In this document: one piece after another, positions 38,522-52,150 of the stretch
Numbering within the stretch: the first letter of the stretch is position 1
How the letters are laid out: the number at the start of each line of letters is the position of its first letter
Source: Octopus vulgaris
Lineage: Eukaryota
Length of the DNA stretch: 64,000 nt
Reading direction: 5' to 3'
NCBI GenBank assembly: GCA_951406725.2
Contig: OX597827.1
Location: 28,582,001-28,646,000, forward strand
The notes under the pieces: generated by a model
The model's database searches: none
Told to the model about the DNA's origin: nothing
The model's input: the letters and a program-made list of their open reading frames with translations, nothing else
Position numbers and translations under genes: made by a program

Positions 38522-39189
38522 ATATATATATATATATAGATATGTATGTATATATATACATATATACGACGGGCTTCTTTCAGTTTCCGTCTACTAAATC
38601 CACTCACAAGATTTGGTAAGCCCTAGGTTATAGTAGAAGACACTTGCTTGAGGTGCCACGCAGTGGGAATGAACCCGGAATCATGTGGTTGGTAAGCAAG
38701 CTACTTACCACACAGCCACTCCTAGATCGATTATGTGTATGTATGTGTTTTTTATGGGTGTGTGCGGGTGTGTAGGCGTGTGTGTGTTTGCATTAGGCGC
38801 ACTCACACACAAGCACACAAATTCACAAATTCACATACTTACGGGTCAGGGTGCATATGAAGACGCGTGATCTTGTGGTCAGAAGCACTGCATTCAGAAT
38901 CGTGAGATAATAGTTCGGATCCCCGGGTCGGCTCCCCATTGTGTCCTTGAGCGAAATATTTAATTACACGTGGCTCCAGTCCACTCCTCCGGTAAATGAG
39001 TAAATTTGTGATGTTCTACCCTTCCGATCAGGTAGGAGTGAGCTGTTAGTCTGCTCTGTAGCCAGTGGAGTAGACAACATTGAAAAGCTGAATACATGTG
39101 AAGCGCATCGTAACCAACGATGTATAGCAACATCCGATAGTCTGGTCAATCACATGATCAAATTATATGTATATGTGTATGTATGTAAG

Positions 39190-39224
<35 letters not shown>

Positions 39225-39267
39225 AAACAAGTCAAAATAGAAAATGCTAAAATAATTTTATAAATAA

Positions 39268-39315
39268 CATTTCAGTACCGGTTTCGGTCATTTTGAGACC
39301 TTTTCAACTGTAACG
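39268..39315 (-). ncRNA. Type I hammerhead motif with U3-A8 core, in a PLE-like end at about 39220-39605
   Basis: cgttaCAG TTGAAAA GGTC-tcaaaat-GACC GAAA CCGG TA/CTGaaatg. Confidence 0.8.
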
Positions 39316-39602
39316 ATTAAATAATTAAATTTAGAAAAATTAGAAGAAAAGTTTTTTTAAAGGAATATTTGTATAGTGTTCAGATATAAGTGGCATTCTG
39401 CCTTTCTCTGACTCCCTTGTTTGCACTTGTGTGTTCGAGGTCGTTGTGAATTCTTTGTAGGGTAGAAGAAGAAGAAGGCTGATGAGGAGAGGGGGTGGAA
39501 AAATTTGGGAGTGCCTTGATTGTTGTATTTTGAATGGTCAGTGACGGCTAGCAGTTGCAGTTCAATTCAGGAGAATATTTCTATTGAGAGGTTCCTTTTC
39601 AC

Positions 39603-39660
<58 letters not shown>

Positions 39661-39718
39661 TCAGACATACAAACACACAAACACAGACACACAAACACAC
39701 ACACACACGCGCACACCC

Positions 39719-39760
<42 letters not shown>

Positions 39761-39911
39761 CGGGCTTCTCTCAGTTTCCATCTACCAAATCCATTCACAA
39801 GGCTCTAGTCAGTCCGAGGATATAGAAGAAGTCACTTGCCAAAGGTGCCACACAGTGGAACTGAACCCGGGACCATGTGGTTGGTAAGCAAGCTACTTAC
39901 CACACACCTAC

Positions 39912-39951
<40 letters not shown>

Positions 39952-40125
39952 TATAGATATACATATGGGTGTGTGTGATTGTGTATAGAAGAATATATTA
40001 ATAAAAGGAATTCCAACCTTGTCTGATTTTCACGTTTTATTTACAATCTTATAACGATATATTATAAGATAATATATTATGATAGAATAAAATAAAATAG
40101 TAGAATGTTAAATGTTCATTCTGAT

Positions 40126-40170
40126 TGAACTAGTACTTTCATGCATTAAATTTTGCAATCTTGGGGTTCA
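40126..40170 (-). ncRNA. Degenerate hammerhead motif (G5 lost)
   Basis: TGAAC CCCAAGA TTGCA-aaatttaa-TGCAT GAAA GTAC TA/GTTCA. Confidence 0.6.
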
Positions 40171-40207
40171 TGTAGTAGTGGTGACAGCCATGATTCACAA
40201 TTTTTGA

Positions 40208-40253
<46 letters not shown>

Positions 40254-40331
40254 GCATATATATGTATATGTATATATATATATTTATAATTATTTATATA
40301 TGTGTGTGTATATATATATATATACATATAT

Positions 40332-40407
<76 letters not shown>

Positions 40408-40809
40408 GCATATATGATTGTAAGTGTCACCCTCTCGTGCGGTCACACTCACCAATAAATTTAACTTACCTCACTCTAGGCGCGTCCCAACCGATCCGAA
40501 TTTCATTTTGAACAGAACAACACAACCTCTCACATGCCAACTCAGAATCCATTAACCTGATGGAATAATATTCTACCTCCCTTTCGGTTTTTTAGCCAAG
40601 AAACATCACAATCAATCAGCTCCCATAAATTGATGTTTCTGTTTATGGTCAAGACTCACGCCACATTGGAACCAATCACACCATTTTTTTTATTTGGGGA
40701 TCTGTGCTTTATGTGTTTTCTCTTATCATTCTGCTCAAGCAATCGTATCAAAGATTTGGTTGGTTTTAGAGCCATGTCTCATCATTACTTTCAACCAGCC
40801 ACAACTAAT

Positions 40810-41195
40810 TAAAGAAAATATAGCTCCTAACTTTGGAACTGAAAGCTATATCAACCACCGAACCGATCGGCACTGCATAATAGCAAAGATCTCGTCTTCT
40901 CCATGTAGAATAAGGACCCAAAATTGTAACAGCTTGGGTCTCAGGGGTCCAGTATTATTCAGCATTCAGCTAAACACCCTCAGAGATTTGCGAAGTCTAA
41001 ATGTTGTGGTCTTCAAAGTGCGTCTAGAAAACTTTTTTTTTTATCGGAGATACCAGATGAAACCATATCGCGGCGCGAGGCACAAAGAGGAACAGCTCCG
41101 TCCAACACTCTGCCTAATTAGAAAAGGTACAGAAAAACTCAATCACATTGATAGTCGGCGTTTAGCATGGTCTCAGCCTCTGACTAAAACCAATA
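40810..41195 (+). pseudogene. CR1/L2-type LINE ORF2 C-terminal fragment
   Basis: NSLGLRGPVLFSIQLNTLRDL..VFKVRLE followed by IPDE-like end. Confidence 0.65.
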
Positions 41196-41696
41196 AAAAC
41201 AAAAGCACTCAGAGAGCGCAAACCTCCGCCAAGGTAACACCAACGTCCTCTTAACTATTAGCCAGTTAAAATGGGAATATCTGAAATAAACTCGACTGTT
41301 CTCGCAAACGATAATACTGAAAGGGAATTGGACCGCTCTCAAAAATTACGTGCAAAAAAAACAGGAAAAATAATCCAGAATCCTTGTCCGGGAGCCAATC
41401 GATCCCAAAATCTAATCAGTTTGTGCTAATCACGAGGCTAAACATCCCTGAAAGTTTCATCCAGATCCATTCTGCGGTTCTTCAGATATCATGTCCACAG
41501 ACAAACAAACAAACAAACACGACTGCATAGTTTCTGTCTGCCAAATTCGCCCACAAGGCATTTATTGACCCACGACTATAATAGAAAACACTTCTCCAGG
41601 GTGGCATCAATGTGGTCACAAATGGCGAAGAAATCACTTCGTCAAATCTAACGGAACGATTGATCAGTTAGACTCATTTTTCATCACTTTCAATGA

Positions 41697-42510
41697 TATT
41701 CTTTTCTGCTCTAGGCACAAGGCCCTAAACTTGGGGAGAGGGAAGGCAGTCGATTAGATTGACCCCAGTACGCTACTGGTACATAATCTATCGAACCAGA
41801 AATGATGAAAGGCAAAGTCGACCTCGATAGAATTTGAACTCAGAACGTAAAGCTAGACGAAATACGGCTAAACATTTCGCCCGGCGTGCTAACGTTTCTG
41901 CCAGATTGCCGCCTTTAATATAATTTTCTACTCTAGGTACAAAGCCTGAAATCTTTTGGGAGGGGGCCAGTTAATTATATCAATCCCCAGTACCCAACTG
42001 GTACTCAATGTATCAACTCCGAAAGGATAAAAGACAAAGTTGACCTCGGCGGAATTTGAAGTCAGAATGTAAGGCTGCTAAGTATTTCGCCTGGCGTGCT
42101 AAAGTTTCTTATTTCTTTATTGCCCACAAGGGACTAAACATAGAGGGAACAAACAAGGATAGAGAAAGGAATTAAGTTGATTATATCTATTTCTTCACTG
42201 CCCACAAGGGGCTTAACACAGAGAGGACAAACAAGGACAGACAAACGGATTAAGTCGATTATATCAACCCCAGTACTGGTTAACTGGTACTTAATTTATC
42301 GACCCCGAAAGGATGAAAGGCAAAGTCGACCTCAGCGTAATTTGAACTCAGAACGTAACGGCAGACGAAATACGGCTACGCATTTCGTCCGGCGTGCTAA
42401 CGTTTCTGCCAACTCGCCGCCTTTAAGTTGATTATATCGACGCCAGTGCGTAACTGGTACTTAATTTAACAACCCCAAAAGGATGAAAGGTAAAGTCGAC
42501 TTCGGCGGAT
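41697..42510 (-). mobile_element. Cluster of nested or tandem SINE family A copies
   Basis: Four GAAAGGCAAAGTCGACCTC-type cores; two tail types. Confidence 0.85.
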
Positions 42511-43306
42511 TGAATTGTACTGATTCTCTTAAAGCATCTTGATTGAAATCTGATGGGGATCCTGGTCTGAGTTGAGGTCTCAATGATAAATCTCCGGAAC
42601 GAAACTTTGAAACTTTGAAAATCCAGTTTCTCACTGATCGGTCAGTAATGACACCTTGGCCACAAACACTGCATACATTCTTAGCTGTCTCTGTGGCATT
42701 TTTTAAATTATTCTTAAACTCCTACATCACACGTCGAATATGCACTCTCAATTCACCCATTTTAGGTGAGCGAAGTATATTAAATTATGATGTGCACTCT
42801 TTCACTGCTTCAATATGAATGATACATGAGGCTATTTTAATAAAACGATAGTTTCCATTTCAATTTTAAACTTTTGAAGTTCGAAATTTCCAAAAATCTG
42901 AAATTATTTATGACTCGACCCAATACTAGTAGCCCAATGATCATCCCGAGATCTGTTTAAGGTTTCGTTTATTTAGTTTTTGTTAATATTTTTTTATATA
43001 TATTTATAACCAGTAATTGCTCAATTAGCATATTCGGCCAATAAACGGGTGATACAGAATGACAAGTCGAGTAACACGACCTCAGAATATTTTATCTTTT
43101 AATTGTTGCGGTCATTAGACGGCAGCCATGATGGAGCATCGCCACAACAAATTTTTCATCGAATGAATCAACACCAGCACTTCTTTTTTAAGACGTGGTA
43201 CTTATTTTTTCCGTCTCTTTCACCAGGGTGGGGTGGGGGAAAACAGACACAAAACACACACAGACACACAGTCATACAGACTCACATGTATATCTATATA
43301 TATATA

Positions 43307-43680
43307 GGTGCAGACGTTGGTGTGTGGTAGGTAGCTTGCTTACCAACCACATGGTTCCAGGTTCAATCCCACTGCTTAGCAAATTAGGCAAGTGTCTTCT
43401 TACTATAGTCTTGGACCGACCAAAGACTTGTGAGTGGATTTGGCAGACGGAAACTGAAAGAAGCCCGTCGTATTATGTGTTTGTATGTTTGTGTGTCTGT
43501 GTTTGTCCCCCACTATCGCTTGACAACCGATGTTGTTGTGTTTATGCCCCCGTAACTTAGCCGTTCGCCAAAAGAGACCGATAGAATAAATACTAGGCTT
43601 ATAAAGAATAAGTCCTGGGGTTGATTTGTTCCACTGAAGGCGGTGCTCCAGCATGGCCGCTGTCAAATGACTGAAACAAA
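43307..43680 (+). mobile_element. Full-length SINE family B between minus-strand family B fragments (43090-43260, 43690-43895)
   Basis: Head to CAAATGACTGAAACAA tail. Confidence 0.88.
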
Positions 43681-44532
43681 GACGGAATTGTGACAGTTTC
43701 CGTCTACCAAATGCACTGATAAGGCTGAATTCACGCGCGTGTATGTGTGATTTAATGTTTTTCTTTCAGTTTCTCTCTACCGTTTCTCACAAACCTTTAG
43801 TCTTCCGGAGGCTATAGTAGAAGGCACTTATGCATGGTGCCACATACTGGGACTGAACCAGGAATCACGCTGTTAGGAAGTAAACTTCTTTATCACTGCA
43901 TATTTTCAGCGATCTACCTCTGGTTCTTTATCTATTTATCTGATTTCAGCATTGATAGATTCTTCTATGGCTTTTCTCTTTCGGAACTTTTCCGATTTGC
44001 AAACTGCAATCGATTTTTAATCTCATAATTAATCCACCTTTCACTTCCTTTCGTAAAGCAAAATATGTATATATCTTGATTCTCTTAAAAAAACATTTAA
44101 ACCCGGCACCAAAAATGAAGATATCCAGCTAAGATCGAAATACGTTTATGCAATTGGAGTTTTACGATGTTCGATACCTTCTTTAATGCGAAAGAGATTA
44201 AATGTAATGTTCTACATTGTAATTTTCAACAGAATTATTATTGCTAAAAGTAATAATGTTGTTAAATTAAATAATAATAATAATAATTCAAATAATGAAA
44301 CCACTAAGTAGGGTATAGCGTTCCTTCTCACAAAATACACAAAATATAAAATGACCGGAAGAATGTAACCACGTGCGCATATATGCACAGTTATATACGA
44401 ATGTGTGTGTGTGTATATATATATAGATGTATATATATATATATATATATCCATATATCTATTTACATGTACAACTATCTACAACTCTCTCCTTTCTCAC
44501 TCTCTCTTTCTCTATCTATATATAAATATATT

Positions 44533-44598
<66 letters not shown>

Positions 44599-44994
44599 TG
44601 CATATACATATATATATCCGCGAGTATGTATACATATATATACACACGCACACACACACTCACACACACGCGCACGCACGCACACACACATATATGTATG
44701 TATATACATAGATATATATATTATACTTGATGGACACAAATAAACACTCGTTTGTATATTATAAATCTTTGTTTTTGTCGAAGTCATGAACTAAAATGTT
44801 TGAAATAAATATTAAATAAATGTTATGAAAGACATTTTTTTTAAAAAAAAAGATCAATTGAACTTACGCTTGATGACTGAATCTCAATGCGCCATTTTGT
44901 TCGAGGATCATCTGTGTAACTTTGAAGTTTAATGAGCATCTAGGCAACATATAGGCACAGATAAGCACACGAACTCACAATCACACGTATATAA

Positions 44995-45051
<57 letters not shown>

Positions 45052-45533
45052 CAATAATAAATCTCTGAACGAATATATATTCACAACCATAGATACTTAT
45101 CCAGAAATGGGCAAATGACATGAACAGGTAGGAATGCAATCCTCACCGATAAGCCGGTGAGTTTTCACATTTAACCAGCAGTGGATTTAAAAGAGCTGAA
45201 TGGAATGGAAATGCTTTCAATATTGATTTTTGTTTTTAGCTCCCCTCTTTTTTAAATGTGTATCGTCAGTTTATCTCAAGTGCTAAGTGTTCCTCTCTGC
45301 AGATATACCGAAGAGGGATTCGGTTAATATTTTTCCAACATTTACCCATAATGTTTTGCTACATCAAGTAATATAACACACACACACACACAAACAAACA
45401 AACAAACACACCACACACACAAACACACAAACAAACAAACAAACACACCACACACACAAACACACAAACATATGTGCATAGAAGTATATGTGTATGTATG
45501 TGTATATGTATGCATACATATATATAATATATG

Positions 45534-45576
<43 letters not shown>

Positions 45577-45753
45577 TATATATATAGATATATATATACA
45601 TTTACTTATATATATATATAGAGATATATATATATATATATATACATTTACTTGTATATATAAATATATGTGTGTGTGTGTATGTGTGTGTTTATATGTG
45701 TATATATAAATGTATATATATATGCGTATATATATATGTGTTTATGTATGTAT

Positions 45754-45813
<60 letters not shown>

Positions 45814-46274
45814 ACACACTCACTCACTCACTCATTTGCATCATTTGAAAGTTCCTTTGAAATCATTTCAGTTCTCATTGGTAAAGAGATAAACACCTTA
45901 CCAGAAAAAAAAAGAACAAAAACTCGTAATGCTGCGGCTGGGGACCATTTTCTGGTTTATCGTTGAGGGTTCCCGTTGTTGGAATTTACCGACTTTAGAA
46001 TAGATAAACAACGTTTAATTTCAAGTTTATTGCCACTGTGGGATATTTCTGATTGTTTCAATTGTTTTCTTTCTAACTTTTAATGTAAATTTGATGATAG
46101 GCATTCTTGATTTGGCCATTTCATCTTTTCATCTTTGGGAATACCATTCGCTTTTTTCTTCCTTTCTCTTCGCAATATTATTTTGTTTGAAAAAAAAAGA
46201 AAATACAAAACGGAAAAAGAAAGCAATAAAAAATTATATGTTAGTATTTAACGACTGAAGTGAATAATTATATA

Positions 46275-46277
46275 TAA

Positions 46278-46319
<42 letters not shown>

Positions 46320-46330
46320 TAATCATAAAG

Positions 46331-46409
<79 letters not shown>

Positions 46410-46420
46410 TAATCATAAAG

Positions 46421-46485
<65 letters not shown>

Positions 46486-46497
46486 TATTATTATTAT

Positions 46498-46595
<98 letters not shown>

Positions 46596-46597
46596 TA

Positions 46598-46635
<38 letters not shown>

Positions 46636-46667
46636 AATAATACTACTACTACTACTACTACTACTAC

Positions 46668-46709
<42 letters not shown>
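46275..46709. repeat. Long (TAA)n/(TGA)n/(CTA)n compound microsatellite
   Basis: Direct reading; 90-bp higher-order duplication marked by AATCATAAAG at 46321 and 46411. Confidence 0.95.
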
Positions 46710-46711
<2 letters not shown>

Positions 46712-47255
46712 GCCCTGATGCAGTACCAGGCAGTGGCTCTCATGGCTTCTGATTGGAAGTGTTATCATGTACATTGTTTTGTCTTGGTATAAAAGATGGG
46801 CTACAACAAATATTCTGCTCAATACCACAGATTTGCTTGTCAGTTGTTTGACTTTAACCAGTTGAGCATGTCCCTTAGTGGCTGACGATATGTGCATCTC
46901 TGATCACGAGCAGAATTAGTGGGGGAGCATCATAGCCATGTGTTGAGAGGGATTCTTTGGTGTTTGAATAATTCACCTCTGGAAACATGGGTGTTTCGTT
47001 CAACATCCTTAAACAACCCTTATTCAGGGACCTTTCGAGTGGGATGGGTTACTCGACCTGAAGAAAATTCTAACTGGGCCCCACCTGCAAGGTCATGTGC
47101 TGTTTATTTTGATATGAGATCACCATGTCGCGCACATATGGTTGTGATGCATGTGCCTAGTGTACCTTTATCAGACGGGTAGTCATGATGGGTATACTGG
47201 GCTTCGTATATTTTACCCCAGTGTCACTTTGATGGCATGCACTGCTCTCTCACTC
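46710..47255. mobile_element. Non-coding interspersed repeat bounded by (TAA)n on both sides
   Basis: Sharp compositional boundaries at TAA runs; no protein motif recognised. Confidence 0.45.
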
Positions 47256-47265
47256 AATAATAATA

Positions 47266-48420
47266 ATTGTACTTAGAGACTGCAAGAGGAGCAAAAGTAA
47301 CTTAGTCATGTCATGAATCGACTTTCGTAAGGCGTACGATATGATACCACATTCTTGGATTATGGAATGTAGGAACTTATTTGGTACTGCATCGAATGTT
47401 GAGCGATTGCTACGAAAAAGTTTGGTGAATTGGAAGACTGACCTGACAGCATACGGAAGAAGTTTAGGTTCAGTAGAAATTAGGAGGGGCATCTTTCAAG
47501 GGGACTTCCTGTCCCCACTGATCATTGTACTGTGCTTGATAAAACTAACACGGATTCTGAGGAAGGCAAAAGCTGGGTATGTATTGGAAACCGCCAACAA
47601 AAAATCAACCATTTGTTATTCGTGGATGACCTCAAACTTTATGGCAAAGTTGAAGCCCAAGTCAGTTCCCTCGTTGATACGGTGTATACCTTCAGTGCTG
47701 ATATCAGAATGGAGTTCGGACTGAAAAAGTGTGGTGTGTTAGTATTGAAGAGAGGCAAAATCAAATGTACGAACAGACTAATGATACCGTCGGGGGAGGT
47801 TATAAAGCAGATAGAAGAGACGGGCTATAAGTACTTGGGGATTTGGGAAATTGATAAAATGATGGAGAAACAAAAGACAGAAAAGTGTAAGGTGGGGCAC
47901 TTGTGCAGACTGAGACTGATACTTAAGTCGAAATTAAACGGACGGAATATGATCGAAACTATCGATACCTGGGCGGTTTCACACCTTAGATATGGAGCAG
48001 GGATAATCGCATGGACAGTAGACGAACTAAACAGCTTAGACAGAAAGACAAGGAAGTGGCTAACTAGATACGGGTCACTCCACCCAAAAGTGACACAGAC
48101 AGATTGTATGTACCAAGAAAAAGTAGGGGAAGAGGACTTATTTGATGCGAACACATCATTAGAGCAGCAGAAAACAACATATCATGGTATGTAAAAAATG
48201 CCACAGAACCGTCATTATTAGAAGTAAGAAGGTCAGGCTTGTATAGGATGAAAGATTGCAAAGATAAAGCACTATACAAGAATTTGAAAACGAATGAAAC
48301 TGAAAATAGGTGGGTAAACAAAAGATGCATGGTCAATTTCATAGGGATGTTGAAGATAAGACAGACAGAGAAAAAAGATGGCTGTGGATGACTAAAAGTG
48401 ATTTAAAACCGGAAACTGGC
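47266..48420 (+). pseudogene. R4/Dong-clade reverse transcriptase fragment
   Basis: IDFRKAYDMIPHSWI, RRGIFQGDFLSPL, INHLLFVDDLKLYG, GYKYLGI, MHGQFHR. Confidence 0.9.
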
Positions 48421-48429
48421 ACAAACTCT

Positions 48430-50725
48430 TCTCTGAATACGAATCTGGATGGTCACTTGAACAGGAACCGCTCCATCTCGAAACCTTCAAGTCCACCACC
48501 ACATCCACCACAGAACGAAAAGTGTAAGGGGATAAAATAGACCCGCGAAAAGTATACAGAAGTAATTTATGCCTATTACTATGCATTAAGCAGGCTATCT
48601 GAAGAGAAACACACCGCAAACTCTTACCAAATGTGAACTATACGAAATCAAGACAGCAGACTATATATGGACGAAAACAAGTTAGCAAATATTCGGAGGG
48701 ATATCTTCAGAAATAAAAGACCCACAGATAGTGAAACAACCGCAATCAAGCACGCAATGGAAAATGACCTAAATGTAAGACAGAAAGGAAATGAAGAACC
48801 AAAGAGAACAACTCTCCACAAATCACAATTGAAAGGCTGCCATCTAACCAGAACACTCAAACGTCTGGAGAAATAAATTTTAATGAACCTGATAAAGATA
48901 GCGAGTTAAAGTGATAAAGATATAATATTTGAAAACTACACATTTACTGAAGAACACTGAGAGTCTAAGATAGAACTGAAGCAGAAAAGCCTCACTAGGC
49001 TTGCAGTTGTAAGACACGCCAATAAGCATGGTAGAGAACTACTTCATAAACTCTTAAATACAATCCAAAATAGAAAACAAATTAAAATTGGAAACTCTGT
49101 AACAAAAGAAATCATACAAGAATTAAAACCAGATTTCACTGAATTAAATGAAATTATTTACGCAGTTGCTATGACAATTGAAACCAGTTGCAAGTCTCTG
49201 AAAAAACAAAGACATAAAAGCCTTAGAAGAATTCCAAACTGGAAAAATAAAATTAAAAAATAGATTAAAATAATGGGAAGTGAAATATAAATATTGAATA
49301 ATCTAATCTGTGGAAACGATGTAAAAACCAGAAAAGAAAGAAAGAAGATAAAATATAGATTCTCACCAAGAGAAGAACTGCTTTCAACAAAAGAAACACT
49401 GCAACAAAAAGCTCAAAGAATACAAAGATTTGAGAAGAGAAACAAATTTTATAAGCAAAATAAGCTGTTCGCAGTCAATGCGAAAACATTCTACAAAGAA
49501 ATAGGGAAGCAACCGTTAAAACCCCAGCCCCTGCCATGGAAGAAGTTGAAAATTCTGGAAAAATATCTGGAGTAATGAAAAGACTTACAATGAAAATGCA
49601 GACTGGATTAGAGACACAGAAGGATCGTACCAAAACTTACCAGACCAAACATGGGAAGACATCACAATAGCAGACCTAAGGATGACACTCACGAAGGTTC
49701 ATAATTGGAAATCTCCTTGTAATGATAAGGTGCCAAATTTCTGGCTCGCCTCGTTCCTATGTGTACACAAAAAGTTAGTCCAGCTATTCAATGAAATTAT
49801 GAGAGATCCTACGAAAACACCTGATTGGTTAGCAAGAGGTATCACTTACCTATTCCCGAAGAATAATGAAACCAAATTTCCCCAAAACGATCGGCCCATA
49901 ACATGTCTGTCTACCACGAATAAAATGTTAATATCCATCCTAGTGGAGAAAACATACAAATTTATGGAGCAGAACGATATTTTCCTCACTGAACAAAAAT
50001 GGTGCCGACGAGGCTCATATGGATGCAAAGATCAACTCTTAATCAGTCGTATGATTCTTGAGAAATGCCATTACAAACGCAGAAATCTCATTTCCGCATG
50101 GATTGATTATAAAAAGGCCTTTAACAGCACACTGCATTCATGGATTTTGGCATCACTGGATATCTTCAACATTTCTCCTGTGATTTCAAACTCCCCATCA
50201 TATATTGTTGTGAAAGACAGACCACAATATATCGGCAAAATAAATTGATCAACTCAGAAAATATAAAGATTCACTAATCAAAATCGAAAAGATGTGGCAT
50301 CTCAAGACGGTTCCAATACCAATGATTGTAGGAGCTCTTGGAATGATCAAAAAAAGAACTGAAAATTATTTAAGAATGATCCCTGGTTTACCATCCACGC
50401 AGGAAGTGCTAAAGATTCTCTTAACTGGTAACTGGTCACACGTATTGAGAAGAGCATCGGCGCTGTGAATTTTCTTTTCTTTTCCTCCTTTATTTTATTT
50501 CTATACTTTTCTATTTTTTTTTTCCTTTTTTCTCTGTCTACTTCTTTTTCTCTACCACATGACTTTGTAAATGAACATTCTGGCCTACCAATGTATACAG
50601 TACGTTTCTCTGCCCTAGGTGTCAGGAAAACACTCAACAAGAAATGGAAACAAAACTGAATGAAGATGCTAATGAAAATGATGATGATGATGATGATAAT
50701 AATAGTAATAATAATAATAATAATA
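48430..50725 (+). mobile_element. Second, internally deleted R4/Dong-clade element
   Basis: KLANIRRDIFRNK, QNKLF..KTFYK, NWKSPCNDKVPNFWL, RPITCLST, WIDYKKAF, then jumps to RLE end IPMIVGALGMI; (TGA)n(TAA)n tail. Confidence 0.85.
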
Positions 50726-51042
50726 ACTGTCTTAAATTTTTGGCGCCGTAGAATATATTCGTTATCCAGATAAAATATGGTTACATTAGGGAATATCAAT
50801 AGAGAAATGTCGCTACTTCCTTATCCTACAGTCATTGCCATTAGTATCAACCAATGAACAATCATTTGAGATTGATGAAATAAGTTCTATTTGAAAACTG
50901 GAATCCATATAATCGATTTGCCCCTCCCCACAAATTGTTGGCCTTTAACTAACATTTTAAACCAATATCAGGATGTCGTCTCGAGAAAAGAACTCAATAT
51001 ATGTACATACTAACTTTTCCTTTCCCTGATCGTAATATATTC

Positions 51043-51239
51043 TTTTATTCTTTTACTTGTTTCAGTCATTTGACTCCGGCCCCGAGTCTTATTCTTTGGA
51101 AACCTAGTACTTATTCTATCAGTTTCTTTTGCAGAATCGCTAAGTTACGGGTACGTAAAGACACCAGAATCAGTTTTCAAGCGATGGTATAGCGACAAAC
51201 ACAGATACACAAATACATACACACGCGCGCGCGCACACA

Positions 51240-51306
<67 letters not shown>

Positions 51307-51476
51307 ATACGACGGGCTTCTTTTCAATTTCCGTCTACCAAATCCAATCTCAAGGGTTTGGCCGGCCCGAGGCTGTAGTAGAAGATAACACTTGCCTAAT
51401 GTGCCACGCAGTGGAACTGAACCCGGACCATGTGGGTGGGAAGCAAACTTCTTACCACGCAGCCACTCCTGCGCCT
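51043..51476 (-). mobile_element. SINE family B
   Basis: Homology to 23184-23588. Confidence 0.85.
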
Positions 51477-51504
51477 ATTAAATTCCTCATATTTATATAT
51501 TAAT

Positions 51505-51822
51505 GGGTAAAGACCCCTTTCGGTCAAGAATGGCCATGGGATTGCACATAGAAAATTCCCTCCAAAGCACAAGTCCGTGCAAGGTTGTTTATAGAAGACC
51601 TGCAGTTGCCCATGCCATCGATATTATCCAAAGGAATGGCAAAGGCCGACACACTTTGGCACCAGTAACGTGGCAACTCAATTCTACAGCTGACTGAACT
51701 GAAGTAACGCGAAACAAAGTGTCTTGCTCAAGAACACAACACAGCGCTTGGTCCGGGAATCGAACGCACAACCTCTTGTTTGTGAGCCCGATGCTCCATC
51801 TCAATCACTAAGCTATGCGCCA
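51505..51822 (-). mobile_element. tRNA-derived SINE with family C-like core and a different tail
   Basis: Minus strand GTTCGATTCCC, TGTGTTCTTGAGCAAGACAC. Confidence 0.7.
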
Positions 51823-52046
51823 TTACATTTGTATATTATTTATATATTATTTATATATTTATTCTGATTTCATTTGTCTATTTTCCCCCTTTTTTTATCT
51901 ACGTATTTTGTACTTTGACTGTCAGCCTATCCTGTCTCTCTCTGAATCAATGATTTTAGTCCTGCTGTAATCACTCATTACTATAGGCATACATTATTAA
52001 ACTGAGTGAATGGCGAGAGTATATAACGCAAAACTTGTTTATACAA

Positions 52047-52150
52047 TCACCTGACGAGGCACATTCTACACCAGGGATGTAATATAATGACTGCACGACG
52101 TCTCACCTTTGGACTACACGTCATAGATTTCGTCGAAACAGTTGTAGTGA
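52047..52150 (+). ncRNA. Type I hammerhead motif with long loop II
   Basis: TCAC CTGACGA GGC..(about 70 nt)..GTC GAAA CAGTTG TA/GTGA, followed by AATAAA. Confidence 0.7.

Larger units (their letters stand above)
37240..38722 (-). mobile_element. SINE family B split at its internal (TA)n by an insertion
   Basis: 3' half 37240-37450, 5' half 38566-38722. Confidence 0.8.

Noticed and set aside
40413-40455. HDV-like ribozyme pattern (CAC CCTCTC GTG CGGTCA)
   Set aside because: No GG for P1.1, and no P2, P4 or catalytic C context.
45141-45272. Minus-strand CTGACGA with CACATTTAA:TTAAATGTG helix and CTCACCG hairpin after GAAA
   Set aside because: No UH cleavage site and no stem I, and core spacing is off; at best a heavily decayed relic.
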